40,230 nt of DNA, from IMG/VR virus record IMGVR_UViG_2563366875_000002, positions 1 to 40,230 of that record; one strand, written 5' to 3'. Below the pieces are notes generated by a model. That model made no database searches. It had not been told where the DNA came from and saw only the letters and a list, made by a program, of their open reading frames with translations. Source of the stretch: a virus. Its lineage: Duplodnaviria > Heunggongvirae > Uroviricota > Caudoviricetes. The position numbers were made by a program, and so were the translations under genes. Shown here piece after piece: positions 8,773 through 17,507 of this stretch (positions are counted from its first letter, which is position 1; the number at the start of each line of letters is the position of its first letter).

Positions 8773-9098
8773 TGACGACGTTAACTCAATGCCAGCAGCA
8801 GGTGCTGGATATGCTGATTTCTTACCAGAAAGAACGTGGCTTCCCGCCAACCAATCAGGAGGTGGCAACCATGCTGGGATATCGTTCGGTGAATGCAGCG
8901 GTGGAGCATCTTCGCGCACTGGAGAAAAAAGGCGTCATCACGATAAAGCGTGGCGTGGCCCGGGGGATAACGCTTCATACCGCGGTGAAGGACGACGACA
9001 GCGAGGCGGTCGGGATTATCCGCTCACTGCTTGCCGGTGAGGAAAACGCCAGGCTGCGTGCAGCCCACTGGTTACATGAGAGGGGCCTGAAAGTATGA
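8772..9098 (+). CDS. LexA N-terminal DNA-binding-domain homologue (no peptidase domain)
   Basis: 108 aa; LTQCQQQVLDMLISYQKERGFPPTNQEVATMLGYRSVNAAVEHLRALEKKGVITIKRGVARGITL aligns by eye with the LexA winged-HTH domain; no S24 domain follows. Confidence 0.7.
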   Translation: MTTLTQCQQQVLDMLISYQKERGFPPTNQEVATMLGYRSVNAAVEHLRALEKKGVITIKRGVARGITLHTAVKDDDSEAVGIIRSLLAGEENARLRAAHWLHERGLKV

Positions 9099-9484
9099 AG
9101 TTGATCCTTCCTTTCCCGCCCAGCGTGAACACGTACTGGCGACACCCCAACAAAGGGGCATTTGCTGGTAAGAGCCTGATAAGCGCGGCGGGGCGAAAAT
9201 TTCAGAGCGCGGCGTGTGCAGCAATAGTTGAGCAGTTACGTCGTCTGCCAAAACCAACGTCGGCACCTGCTTCAGTGGAGATCGTGTTGTTTCCTCCGGA
9301 TAACCGGATCCGCGATCTGGACAACTATAACAAGGCGCTGTTTGACGCCCTGACCCACGCGGGTGTGTGGGAAGACGACAGTCAGGTGAAAAGAATGCTG
9401 GTGGAGTGGGGACCGGTTATCCCGGAAGGGAAGGTCGAGATCACTATCAGTAAGTACGAGAAAACGGCGGGTGCAGCCGCCTGA
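9095..9484 (+). CDS. rusA: Holliday junction resolvase RusA
   Basis: 129 aa; motifs LPFPPSVNTYWR and RDLDNYNKALFDALTHAGVWEDDSQV typical of RusA. Confidence 0.88.
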   Translation: MKLILPFPPSVNTYWRHPNKGAFAGKSLISAAGRKFQSAACAAIVEQLRRLPKPTSAPASVEIVLFPPDNRIRDLDNYNKALFDALTHAGVWEDDSQVKRMLVEWGPVIPEGKVEITISKYEKTAGAAA

Positions 9485-9503
9485 TTAAGAGGAGAAACGA
9501 AGT

Positions 9504-10301
9504 ATGAATAATCTGATGGTTATTGATGGTATTGAAGTTCGTCGTGATGCTTATGGGCGTTACAGCCTGAACGATCTGCACAGGGCTGCTGGTTCTCTGG
9601 ATAAGCATAAGCCTGCATTCTGGCTCCGCAATGAGCAAACTGAGCGTTTAATAAGCGAGTTGCAGATTTGCAACTCGGTCAATATAGAGCCAGTTAACGT
9701 TATTCGTGGCGGAAATAACCAGGGGACGTATGTCTGCAAAGAACTGGTGTATGCCTATGCAATGTGGATCAGCCCGTCATTCCATCTGAAGGTGATCCGT
9801 ACTTTCGACATGGTAACCAGCGCACCGGAAAAATTATCCGGACAGGCTGCTGACAAGATGCAGGCTGGTGTGATTCTGCTGGACTTTATGCGTCGGGAGT
9901 TAAACCTGTCTAACTCATCTGTGCTTGGTGCCTGTCAGAAACTCCAGGAGGCTGTTGGCTTACCGAATCTGGCACCGCGCTATGCCATTGATGCTCCTGC
10001 TGATGCACACGATGGCTCAAGTCGCCCGACACTGTCACTGAGTGCACTGCTGAAACAGTATGGTATACGCCTGACGGCTAATCAGGCATATCACCAGATG
10101 GTGAAGCTGGGGATCGTCGAGCAGCGCGAACGATACAGCCGTACCGCGATTAACAACATCAAAAAATTCTGGTCGCTGACAGCGAAAGGCTGTATGTTCG
10201 GCAAGAACATCACCAGTCCCGCAAATCCGCGCGAGACGCAGCCGCATTTCTTCGAATCCCGATTCCCTGAGCTGTTAAAGCTGCTCGATACCGTTCATTG
10301 A
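9504..10301 (+). CDS. KilA-N domain protein (antirepressor-like)
   Basis: 265 aa; N-terminal KilA-N-like DNA-binding region (IDGIEVRRDAYGRYSLNDLHRAAG...). Confidence 0.75.
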   Translation: MNNLMVIDGIEVRRDAYGRYSLNDLHRAAGSLDKHKPAFWLRNEQTERLISELQICNSVNIEPVNVIRGGNNQGTYVCKELVYAYAMWISPSFHLKVIRTFDMVTSAPEKLSGQAADKMQAGVILLDFMRRELNLSNSSVLGACQKLQEAVGLPNLAPRYAIDAPADAHDGSSRPTLSLSALLKQYGIRLTANQAYHQMVKLGIVEQRERYSRTAINNIKKFWSLTAKGCMFGKNITSPANPRETQPHFFESRFPELLKLLDTVH

Positions 10302-10302
10302 G

Positions 10303-11298
10303 GTGACCGTGAGAGCACTACTGACCCCTGAAATTGCCCCGCGTATGGGGATCGTATTGTTCAGGCCAGGTTCAGAGCTGATGCCCCTGTTTATGCAGGG
10401 GCGTGTCCTGCTGGAGCCTGAGCCGGAGCGTTATTCATCTTTCGCCAGTGGTGCCGTTCCGGCGGCATCACAACCGCTGGCGGATGATCCTGCCGTTCGG
10501 GCCGTGTTCCGCAATGAGGCAGTGATCCGTCGTGCTGGTGGCGTGGAATGTCTTGAAAGCTGGTTACTTCGTGAAAAAGGCTGCCAGTGGCCTCATTCCA
10601 ACTGGCACAGCGAGAACATGACCACAATGCGACACGCGCCTGGCGCAATCCGTCTGTGCTGGCACTGCGATAACCAACTGCGCGATCAGTTCACGGAACG
10701 GCTGGAATCAATGGCAACGGATAACTGTGCCCGCTGGGTGTTGTCTGTTGTGCGTCGGGATCTCGGTTTTGATGATAGTCACGTTGTGACAATGCCGGAA
10801 CTGTGCTGGTGGCTGGTTCGTAATGATCTGGCGGATGCCTTACCGGAAAGCGCAGCCCGTAAGGCACTGAGATTACCGAAGCCTGTTGTGCCGTCTGTCA
10901 CCCGGGAAAGTGACCTTGTGCCTTCGGTTCCAGCCACCAGCATCATGCAGGATAAAGCGAAAAAGGTGCTGGCGCTGAAAGTGGAGCCGGAGTCGCCGGA
11001 GTCTTTTATGTTACGCCCCAAACGTCGCCGCTGGGTTAATGAAAAGTACACGCGCTGGGTTAAGACACAGCCGTGTGCATGTTGTGGAAAGCCTGCTGAT
11101 GATCCCCACCACCTGATAGGCCACGGTCAGGGGGGAATGAGTACAAAAGCGCATGACCTCTTTGTGTTGCCTTTGTGCAGAAAGCATCACGACGAGCTGC
11201 ATGCGGATACCGTGGCATTTGAAGAGAAGTATGGCTCCCAGCTGGAGCTGATATTTCGTTTTATCGACCGTGTGTTGGCAATTGGTGTGCTAGCCTGA
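10303..11298 (+). CDS. DUF968-like phage protein with C-terminal HNH-like zinc motif
   Basis: GTG start; C-terminal CACCGKPADDPHHLIGHGQGG...CRKHHDELH. Confidence 0.7.
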   Translation: MTVRALLTPEIAPRMGIVLFRPGSELMPLFMQGRVLLEPEPERYSSFASGAVPAASQPLADDPAVRAVFRNEAVIRRAGGVECLESWLLREKGCQWPHSNWHSENMTTMRHAPGAIRLCWHCDNQLRDQFTERLESMATDNCARWVLSVVRRDLGFDDSHVVTMPELCWWLVRNDLADALPESAARKALRLPKPVVPSVTRESDLVPSVPATSIMQDKAKKVLALKVEPESPESFMLRPKRRRWVNEKYTRWVKTQPCACCGKPADDPHHLIGHGQGGMSTKAHDLFVLPLCRKHHDELHADTVAFEEKYGSQLELIFRFIDRVLAIGVLA

Positions 11299-11312
11299 TT
11301 TGGTGGAGAAAG

Positions 11313-11681
11313 TTGATGCGTGATATTCAGATGGTTCTGGAGCGTTGGGGGGCATGGGCGGCGAGTGATAGTTCAGGCGTTGATTATTCACCTATAGCCG
11401 CTGGGTTTAAGGGACTTCTTCCCTATACAAGCAAGAAACGCTTGGCTTGTTCGGATAGTGATGCCTTAATTATTGAAGGTTGTCTTGCTCGTCTAAAGCA
11501 AAAAAGGCCGGACGAACATTCGCTTCTTGTTGCCCATTACCTATACGGTATCTCTAAAAGAAAGCTCGCCAAGGCTCGTAAAAAAGATGAGAAATTGATA
11601 CGTATAGAAATACAGCTAGCCGAAGGATTTATTGATGGCTGCCTTTCCATGCTAGATCTAACATTAGATTTGGACGTTTAA
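11313..11681 (+). CDS. late-gene antitermination protein Q
   Basis: 122 aa; MRDIQMVLERWGAWAA...IAAGFKGL...CLARLK matches Q-family N-terminus from memory; position immediately before the late region. Confidence 0.8.
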   Translation: MMRDIQMVLERWGAWAASDSSGVDYSPIAAGFKGLLPYTSKKRLACSDSDALIIEGCLARLKQKRPDEHSLLVAHYLYGISKRKLAKARKKDEKLIRIEIQLAEGFIDGCLSMLDLTLDLDV

Positions 11682-11682
11682 T

Positions 11683-11707
11683 AATACGCCCCTGCATGGG
11701 GCGTATT
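11683..11707. terminator. bidirectional stem-loop between convergent Q and KAP NTPase genes
   Basis: perfect 10 bp inverted repeat AATACGCCCC-TGCAT-GGGGCGTATT with AT-rich flanks. Confidence 0.5.
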
Positions 11708-11709
11708 AT

Positions 11710-13041
11710 TTACTGGATGAATGACATTTGATTAATATATTTTATCAATAACTCTCTGGGTGTAGTACTCCAAAAATTTATGTGTTCATAATCAGTATAA
11801 ACATTTGTGAATTTTTTAAGTTCTTCATCACTTTTAGGGGCAAATCGCTCATTAAGAGTAATACTGTCTTTAATTATTCCGAAGAATACAATGGATATTT
11901 CAGGGATTTGCGATCTTCTCTCATAAGAATAAGGTATTTCTTTTATGTTAAGCAGGTCTGCTAAATAAGATATAGATTCAGCGGTAATTTCTTGTTTTAG
12001 TTTTTCCTTGTTACCAAAGCAATGTATGAAGGCAGCTACGACAAAGATCATATTTATTAAAGGATCACTGCTTTTGTTCTCATCGTCGTTTAACAGTTGA
12101 AAAATGTTAAGATTGCGTGAAAATGTTTGTGTTTCACGTAATGATAAGTTGGTTCGTTGAATTAAATCACGGATAAAGTAACCTGATAATCTATTGATTT
12201 TATTCAATAACCTTGTTTTTTCTACAAGGTAATCCCAATATATAACAGAGGCTTTACATACGTTGTGACCATTTATTAAACATGTATCTGGAAGCGTGAT
12301 GGTATATTTTATAAACTTGTCAAGATACTTTTGTGAGTTAATGCTATAACCATAAATATGATTTATAGATGCTTTTAATTGTTCTGTGTTTGTAACTAAA
12401 ATAAAAAAGACATTATTGATGTCAAAAATGTGTTTTATTGTTTCAATGACATTTGTTGAAAAACTCGGCTTACATCGGTCTAATTCATCAATTATAATTA
12501 CGATTTTTTGATTTTTTGATATGCTTTCGATGCAGGATTTAAGTGAATTTATGTTTTTCTCTGAGTCCATATGGTCTTCAAGCAAATTTTCAATAGTCCC
12601 ATCTATTGCTGCATTGCTTGCTTTCTTCATCGCATCTTGGAATTCTTCGGCAACTTCACTAGCCTCCTGTCGTAAAAACCAACCTGCACCAGCTTTTAGT
12701 ACCGTTTTTAAACCAAAGCGAATTGCAGGAAGAGATCTCTTAATGAAGTGTTGTTTTTCTTCCTCAGGCAAAATGCTGGCAATTGCAGAGGTTATGAGAA
12801 GTAATGGAGATTCTGCATGATCCCCTTTAAAGGCATCAATATAAACAACTTTAGATTCAGTTTCTTGCTCAATAATGAGATTTTTCAGTTTGATACTAAA
12901 TTCTGTTTTCCCTGTTCCCCATGCGCCGTCTATTACCAGTGGTGAAATGTCTGCCTCTGGTTTTAGCAACTTGATGATATTTTCAGCGATGTTTCTTCGT
13001 TGGAACTCGTCACGTTCAGTGAAAGATAGTGTATCTAACAT
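11710..13041 (-). CDS. KAP-family P-loop NTPase
   Basis: 443 aa; Walker A DGAWGTGKT (res 38-46), Walker B-like VIIIDELDRC; strongly AT-rich compared with flanking phage genes. Confidence 0.85.
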   Translation of the reverse strand: MLDTLSFTERDEFQRRNIAENIIKLLKPEADISPLVIDGAWGTGKTEFSIKLKNLIIEQETESKVVYIDAFKGDHAESPLLLITSAIASILPEEEKQHFIKRSLPAIRFGLKTVLKAGAGWFLRQEASEVAEEFQDAMKKASNAAIDGTIENLLEDHMDSEKNINSLKSCIESISKNQKIVIIIDELDRCKPSFSTNVIETIKHIFDINNVFFILVTNTEQLKASINHIYGYSINSQKYLDKFIKYTITLPDTCLINGHNVCKASVIYWDYLVEKTRLLNKINRLSGYFIRDLIQRTNLSLRETQTFSRNLNIFQLLNDDENKSSDPLINMIFVVAAFIHCFGNKEKLKQEITAESISYLADLLNIKEIPYSYERRSQIPEISIVFFGIIKDSITLNERFAPKSDEELKKFTNVYTDYEHINFWSTTPRELLIKYINQMSFIQ

Positions 13042-13311
13042 AATATAAACCTATTAACTCCTACAGTAAAAAACGAATAATACGACTTTGGGATTAAAAA
13101 TCATTAACGCGGTCCGCAAAAATTCTTGTAATCTGTTAAGAGTGGTTACTTCGCCACACAGCTTAAACCCGCCGTCGAGCGGTTTTTTTGTACCTGTAAA
13201 CCAAGAGCAGTACGGTAAACACGCTGGTGGTCGTGAATACTGACTTTTTATCTTGCTGGCTTTTTAGACAAGAGTTATTGGTATGTCATGTTAACCAGAA
13301 GGGAAAAAGAC

Positions 13312-13506
13312 ATGCTAAAACAGCAAGATATGACAGAAACGGCGAAAGTTGTTTTTAATGAATTAAGCATCGAACCGGCAACAGTCGGGGAGATTGCACA
13401 AAACACATACCTTTCACGCGAACGCTGTCAGTTAATACTGACCCAGCTGGTTATGGCGGGGCTGGCAGATTACCAGTTCGGCTGTTACAGACGCCTTCAG
13501 CAATGA
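13312..13506 (+). CDS. small hypothetical protein, possible HTH
   Basis: 64 aa from ATG 13312 with RBS AAGGGA; ATVGEIAQNTYLSRERCQLIL resembles a recognition helix; upstream of the methyltransferase. Confidence 0.4.
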   Translation: MLKQQDMTETAKVVFNELSIEPATVGEIAQNTYLSRERCQLILTQLVMAGLADYQFGCYRRLQQ

Positions 13507-13655
13507 AGGGCTTTTAATTTGTGAAAATGGGCGGCTGGTGGGTGTTGGTAGCACCTGCCAGCCATTCGCTCATGCCTACTGGTCACAAGCGAACCACGGC
13601 CCACTGCTTTAGCGCAAAAGCAGAGTGAGCCTACCAGAGTTACGCTTACTGATCC

Positions 13656-14708
13656 ATGAAAAATACTGTAAAAATAAACAGTGTTGATTTAATCAACGCT
13701 GATTGCCTGCATTTTATTCAGTCCCTGCCTGATGATTCCATTGACCTGATTGTTACCGATCCGCCTTACTTCAAGGTGAAACCCAACGGTTGGGACAATC
13801 AGTGGAAAGGGGACGAAGATTACCTTAAGTGGCTGGACCACTGTCTGGCCCAGTTCTGGCGGGTGTTGAAACCTGCCGGAAGCCTTTACCTGTTCTGTGG
13901 GCATCGCCTGGCATCTGATATTGAGATCATGATGCGTGAACGTTTCAACGTGCTTAACCATATCATCTGGGCGAAGCCGTCCGGACGTTGGAATGGGTGT
14001 AATAAAGAAAGTCTGCGCGCATATTTTCCTGCCACAGAGCGCGTTCTGTTTGCTGAACATTACCAGGGGCCATATCGCGGCAAAAGTGACGGCTATGCGG
14101 CAAAAGAAAGGGAACTCAAACAGCACATAATGGCACCGCTGATATCGTATTTCAGGGATGCTCGTGCCGAACTGGGTATAACGGCAAAACAAATTGCCGA
14201 AGCCACAGGTAAGAAAAATATGGTTTCCCACTGGTTTGGTGCCAGTCAGTGGCAGTTGCCGAATGAGGCTGACTATCGGAAGTTACAGGCACTGTTTTCC
14301 CGTATAGCGGCAGAGAAGTTTCAGGAACAACAACTGGAACAACCACACCACCAGCTGGTGGCATCTTATGATTCACTGAATCGCAAATATTCTGAATTGC
14401 TGGATGAGTTTAAATCTCTCCGGCGCTTTTTCTCCGTATCAGTCTCCGTGCCTTATACCGATGTCTGGACGCATAAGCCCGTTCAGTTCTACCCGGGTAA
14501 ACATCCGTGCGAGAAACCGGCGGATATGCTCCGGCAAATAATCAATGCCAGTAGTCGACCTGGTGATCTGGTTGCTGATTTCTTTATGGGATCCGGTTCC
14601 ACAATAAAAGCAGCAATGGCGCTGGGGCGTCGGGCGTTAGGTGTTGAACTTGAGTCAGAGCGGTTTAATCAGACGGTGAAAGAGGTAAGTGAACTGGTGG
14701 GGAAATAA
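13656..14708 (+). CDS. DNA N6-adenine methyltransferase (orphan, beta-class amino-MTase)
   Basis: 350 aa; motif IV DPPY (LIVTDPPYF) near N-terminus and motif I FFMGSGST near C-terminus; no adjacent restriction endonuclease. Confidence 0.88.
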   Translation: MKNTVKINSVDLINADCLHFIQSLPDDSIDLIVTDPPYFKVKPNGWDNQWKGDEDYLKWLDHCLAQFWRVLKPAGSLYLFCGHRLASDIEIMMRERFNVLNHIIWAKPSGRWNGCNKESLRAYFPATERVLFAEHYQGPYRGKSDGYAAKERELKQHIMAPLISYFRDARAELGITAKQIAEATGKKNMVSHWFGASQWQLPNEADYRKLQALFSRIAAEKFQEQQLEQPHHQLVASYDSLNRKYSELLDEFKSLRRFFSVSVSVPYTDVWTHKPVQFYPGKHPCEKPADMLRQIINASSRPGDLVADFFMGSGSTIKAAMALGRRALGVELESERFNQTVKEVSELVGK

Positions 14709-14715
14709 TTCTGGT

Positions 14716-14737
14716 GGCCACGTTGCGTGGCCTTTTT
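14716..14737 (+). terminator. rho-independent terminator after the methyltransferase
   Basis: 7 bp stem GGCCACG-TTG-CGTGGCC followed by TTTTTATTT. Confidence 0.55.
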
Positions 14738-14784
14738 ATTTCCAACACAGCACCCGCAAATATCGCGAGGTGAGAGATGACGAA

Positions 14785-15120
14785 ATGCCTCATAACCCAA
14801 ATACCTGGCCGGACTGGCTGGAGTTGTTTCAGAGCTGGTGGCGTGGAGACACACCGCTGGGTGCAGTGATTATGTCGATCGTTATGGCTGGTTTGCGCAT
14901 CGCCTATTTTGGCGGTGGTGGTGGCTGGAAGCGAAAAACGCTCGAGATTTTGCTATGTGGCGCTCTGACGCTGACCTTTGCATCCGCTCTTGAATATGTC
15001 GGATGGCCTAAATCGCTTTCTGTTGCCATTGGTGGTGGCGTGGGGCTGATCGGTGTCGATGCTATTCGTGGGGCTGCAATGCGAGTAATCGGTAACAAAT
15101 TTGGTAGCTCGAAGGAGTAA
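14785..15120 (+). CDS. holin (three predicted TM segments)
   Basis: internal ATG 14785 after GAGGTGAGAG and downstream of the terminator; three hydrophobic segments and charged C-terminus; immediately precedes endolysin. Confidence 0.72.
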   Translation: MPHNPNTWPDWLELFQSWWRGDTPLGAVIMSIVMAGLRIAYFGGGGGWKRKTLEILLCGALTLTFASALEYVGWPKSLSVAIGGGVGLIGVDAIRGAAMRVIGNKFGSSKE

Positions 15121-15123
15121 TTT

Positions 15124-15600
15124 ATGCAGGCACTAAATTCCCAGCGTAAAGCTTTCCTGGATATGGTGGCATGGTCAGAAGGAACGGATAACGGGCGACA
15201 ACCGACACGTAACCACGGTTATGATGTTATTGTTGGTGGCGAACTGTTCACTGATTACTCCGATCACCCTCGCAAACTTGTCACGCTAAACCCCAAACTC
15301 AAATCAACAGCTGCCGGACGTTACCAGCTTCTTTCACGCTGGTGGGATGCTTACCGTAAACAGCTTGGCCTGAAAGATTTTTCTCCAGAAAGCCAGGACG
15401 CTGTAGCTCTGCAGCAGATTAAAGAGCGTGGTGCTTTACCGATGATTGACCGCGGCAGTATTCGTCAGGCAATCGACCGTTGCAGCAATATCTGGGCGTC
15501 GTTACCTGGTGCAGGTTACGGTCAGTATGAACATAAAATCGGTGACCTGATTGCCCGATTTAAAAAAGCTGGTGGGGTAGTAAATGAAGCTGAGATATAA
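15124..15600 (+). CDS. endolysin (lambda R-like lytic transglycosylase)
   Basis: 158 aa; near-identical by memory to lambda R (NSQRKAFLDMVAWSEGTDNGRQ...). Confidence 0.93.
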   Translation: MQALNSQRKAFLDMVAWSEGTDNGRQPTRNHGYDVIVGGELFTDYSDHPRKLVTLNPKLKSTAAGRYQLLSRWWDAYRKQLGLKDFSPESQDAVALQQIKERGALPMIDRGSIRQAIDRCSNIWASLPGAGYGQYEHKIGDLIARFKKAGGVVNEAEI

Positions 15601-15976
15601 GCTGGTTATTGTTGCCTTCGTTGTTAGCGTCATTGGTTCCTTCATCTGGTCTGCTGGACATTACTACAGCAAATATCAGCACGAAAAGGAGCGTGCTGAT
15701 GAGGCTGTACGAAATGCTGAATCAGCAACTGCCATTACCCGTAACGTTCTGCAATCACTGCAAATCATCAATACAGTTATAGAGGCTAACCAGCATGCAA
15801 AACAGCAGATCGCACTGGAGTCACAGAGAACCCAGGAAGATATCAAAGTGGCTGTTGCGGATGATGATTGTGCTTCACGTCATGTGCCTGCTGCCGCTGC
15901 TGACCGGTTGCGGAAGTACGCGAACAGTTTACGTGCCGGTTCCGGCGGTACCGCTGCCAACAAGCCTGACCACTGA
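15584..15976 (+). CDS. i-spanin (Rz-like)
   Basis: N-terminal TM segment then coiled-coil-like region; follows endolysin; contains overlapping o-spanin frame. Confidence 0.72.
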   Translation: MKLRYKLVIVAFVVSVIGSFIWSAGHYYSKYQHEKERADEAVRNAESATAITRNVLQSLQIINTVIEANQHAKQQIALESQRTQEDIKVAVADDDCASRHVPAAAADRLRKYANSLRAGSGGTAANKPDH

Positions 15977-16118
15977 AACGCCCCAGCCAGTCATTCCCGA
16001 CCCGCTGACCTATGGGGCCAGTCTGGATCTGAATGTGAGCCTGCTTTCGGCGCTGGGCCAGTGCAACATCGACAAGGCCAGTATCAGGAAGATAGAAACG
16101 TCACGCAACTCACAGTAG
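15861..16118 (+). CDS. o-spanin (Rz1-like outer-membrane lipoprotein)
   Basis: lipobox LLTGC in signal peptide, proline-rich mature region; overlapped +1 frame relative to Rz. Confidence 0.68.
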   Translation: MMIVLHVMCLLPLLTGCGSTRTVYVPVPAVPLPTSLTTETPQPVIPDPLTYGASLDLNVSLLSALGQCNIDKASIRKIETSRNSQ

Positions 16119-16157
16119 CCATTACAAAGCTCATCTGCGGGTGGGCTTTGTAATGGC
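16118..16157. terminator. bidirectional stem-loop between lysis cassette and a convergent minus-strand gene
   Basis: perfect 13 bp inverted repeat GCCATTACAAAGC/GCTTTGTAATGGC with 14 nt loop, abutting both stop codons. Confidence 0.5.
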
Positions 16158-16463
16158 TTATTCGTAGTTGTCACCAGGGAAGTATTCCTGAAACTTTGAT
16201 TTTGGGAGCTGGGTTTTCGCGAAGTTCGCAAGCCTTCCTCTTGTAAGCATGTAGTCACACCCACCTTCTTGTTTGAGAAGGTCACCAGCTAATGTCCGAT
16301 ACACAACGTCACTTCGCAAAATTTCAATGGTGGAATTCCTGATGAGAAATGTTTCACACATCGGGCATCTAATTAACCAAGCGGTATCACGGTTCTGCCA
16401 GGTCGCATCTGAATTGCAAGCCGGGCAGCATTTCTGATCTTCTTGTCCTATGACCATTGTCAT
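16158..16463 (-). CDS. hypothetical zinc-ribbon protein (CxxC...CxxC)
   Basis: 101 aa; CPAC at res 12-15 and CPMC at res 33-36; opposite orientation to the flanking late genes. Confidence 0.5.
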   Translation of the reverse strand: MTMVIGQEDQKCCPACNSDATWQNRDTAWLIRCPMCETFLIRNSTIEILRSDVVYRTLAGDLLKQEGGCDYMLTRGRLANFAKTQLPKSKFQEYFPGDNYE

Positions 16464-16536
16464 GCTCTCGCATAGTGAAGGAATTTTCAGATTAACTCAT
16501 TTTCAGACGCATCGTAATGGCTTAAGGAAACAATTA

Positions 16537-16887
16537 ATGCCACCACGTACACCAAAAGCCTGCCGCGTTCGCGGTTGCCGCAATACCACTACTGACCCGT
16601 CAGGCTATTGCGAAAGCCACAAAAGCGAAGGCTGGAAGCAATACAAACCAGGCCTGTCACGTCATCAGCGCGGTTACGGTTCGAAGTGGGATACCATCCG
16701 TGAACGTGTGCTGAAGCGTGACAAAGGCCTGTGTCAGTTATGTCTGCGTGCCGGTGTGGTGCGTGAGGCGAAAACCGTTGACCACATTATCCCTAAGGCG
16801 CATGGCGGCACTGACGCTGACAGTAATCTGCAGAGCCTGTGCTGGCCATGTCATAAGGCGAAGACGGCCCGTGAACGGTTGAAGTAA
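16537..16887 (+). CDS. HNH endonuclease (packaging-associated)
   Basis: ATG 16537 after AAGGAAA; cysteine pairs and DHIIPKAHGGTDADSNLQSLCWPCH; immediately upstream of terminase small subunit. Confidence 0.85.
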   Translation: MPPRTPKACRVRGCRNTTTDPSGYCESHKSEGWKQYKPGLSRHQRGYGSKWDTIRERVLKRDKGLCQLCLRAGVVREAKTVDHIIPKAHGGTDADSNLQSLCWPCHKAKTARERLK

Positions 16888-17012
16888 GAACCAGTTCCCA
16901 CAGCCAGAGGGGAGGGGCGGGTCAAATCCCTGTGACCTGACGTCTTCCGGACTGCCCGCCCCATCGTTTTTTTATACCCGCGAAAAATGAAATTTAACCA
17001 GGAGTGCCGCAT

Positions 17013-17507
17013 ATGGCTGGAACGGCGGGGCGTTCCGGGCGTCGCCCCAAGCCAACGGCGCGCAAGGCGCTGGCCGGAAACCCCGGCAAGCGAGCCCTGA
17101 ATAAAGATGAACCTGTTTTTACGCCCATCAAAGGTGTTGAGCCACCGGAGTGGTTCGCTGAAGAAGATCTCCCTCTCGCCACGATCATGTGGCAACTGAC
17201 AACCAAAGAACTCTGCGGTCAGGGCCTGTTGTGCGTGACTGACCTCGCGGTGCTTGAGCGGTGGTGCGTGGCCTACGAGTTCTGGCGGCGTGCCGTGAAA
17301 AATATTGCCAGACAGGGCAACACCATCACCGGTGCAATGGGTGGCATGGTCAAAAATCCGGAGCTGACCGCCAAGAAAGAACAGGAGTCCGAGATGAGCA
17401 GCACGGGGGCAATGCTCGGACTCGACCCCAGCAGCCGCCAGCGTCTGATTGGCCTGGCGGGGCAGAAGAAAGCCACTAACCCGTTTCTGAAAATCATCGA
17501 ATCATGA
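17013..17507 (+). CDS. terminase small subunit
   Basis: about 165 aa basic N-terminus ([30 protein letters not shown]); directly precedes the large terminase with overlapping stop/start. Confidence 0.8.
   Translation: MAGTAGRSGRRPKPTARKALAGNPGKRALNKDEPVFTPIKGVEPPEWFAEEDLPLATIMWQLTTKELCGQGLLCVTDLAVLERWCVAYEFWRRAVKNIARQGNTITGAMGGMVKNPELTAKKEQESEMSSTGAMLGLDPSSRQRLIGLAGQKKATNPFLKIIES

Noticed and set aside
14689-14784. ORF-track start of the holin at 14689
   Set aside because: This N-terminal extension overlaps the methyltransferase 3' end and contains the terminator hairpin; the internal ATG at 14785 has an RBS and gives a typical holin length.
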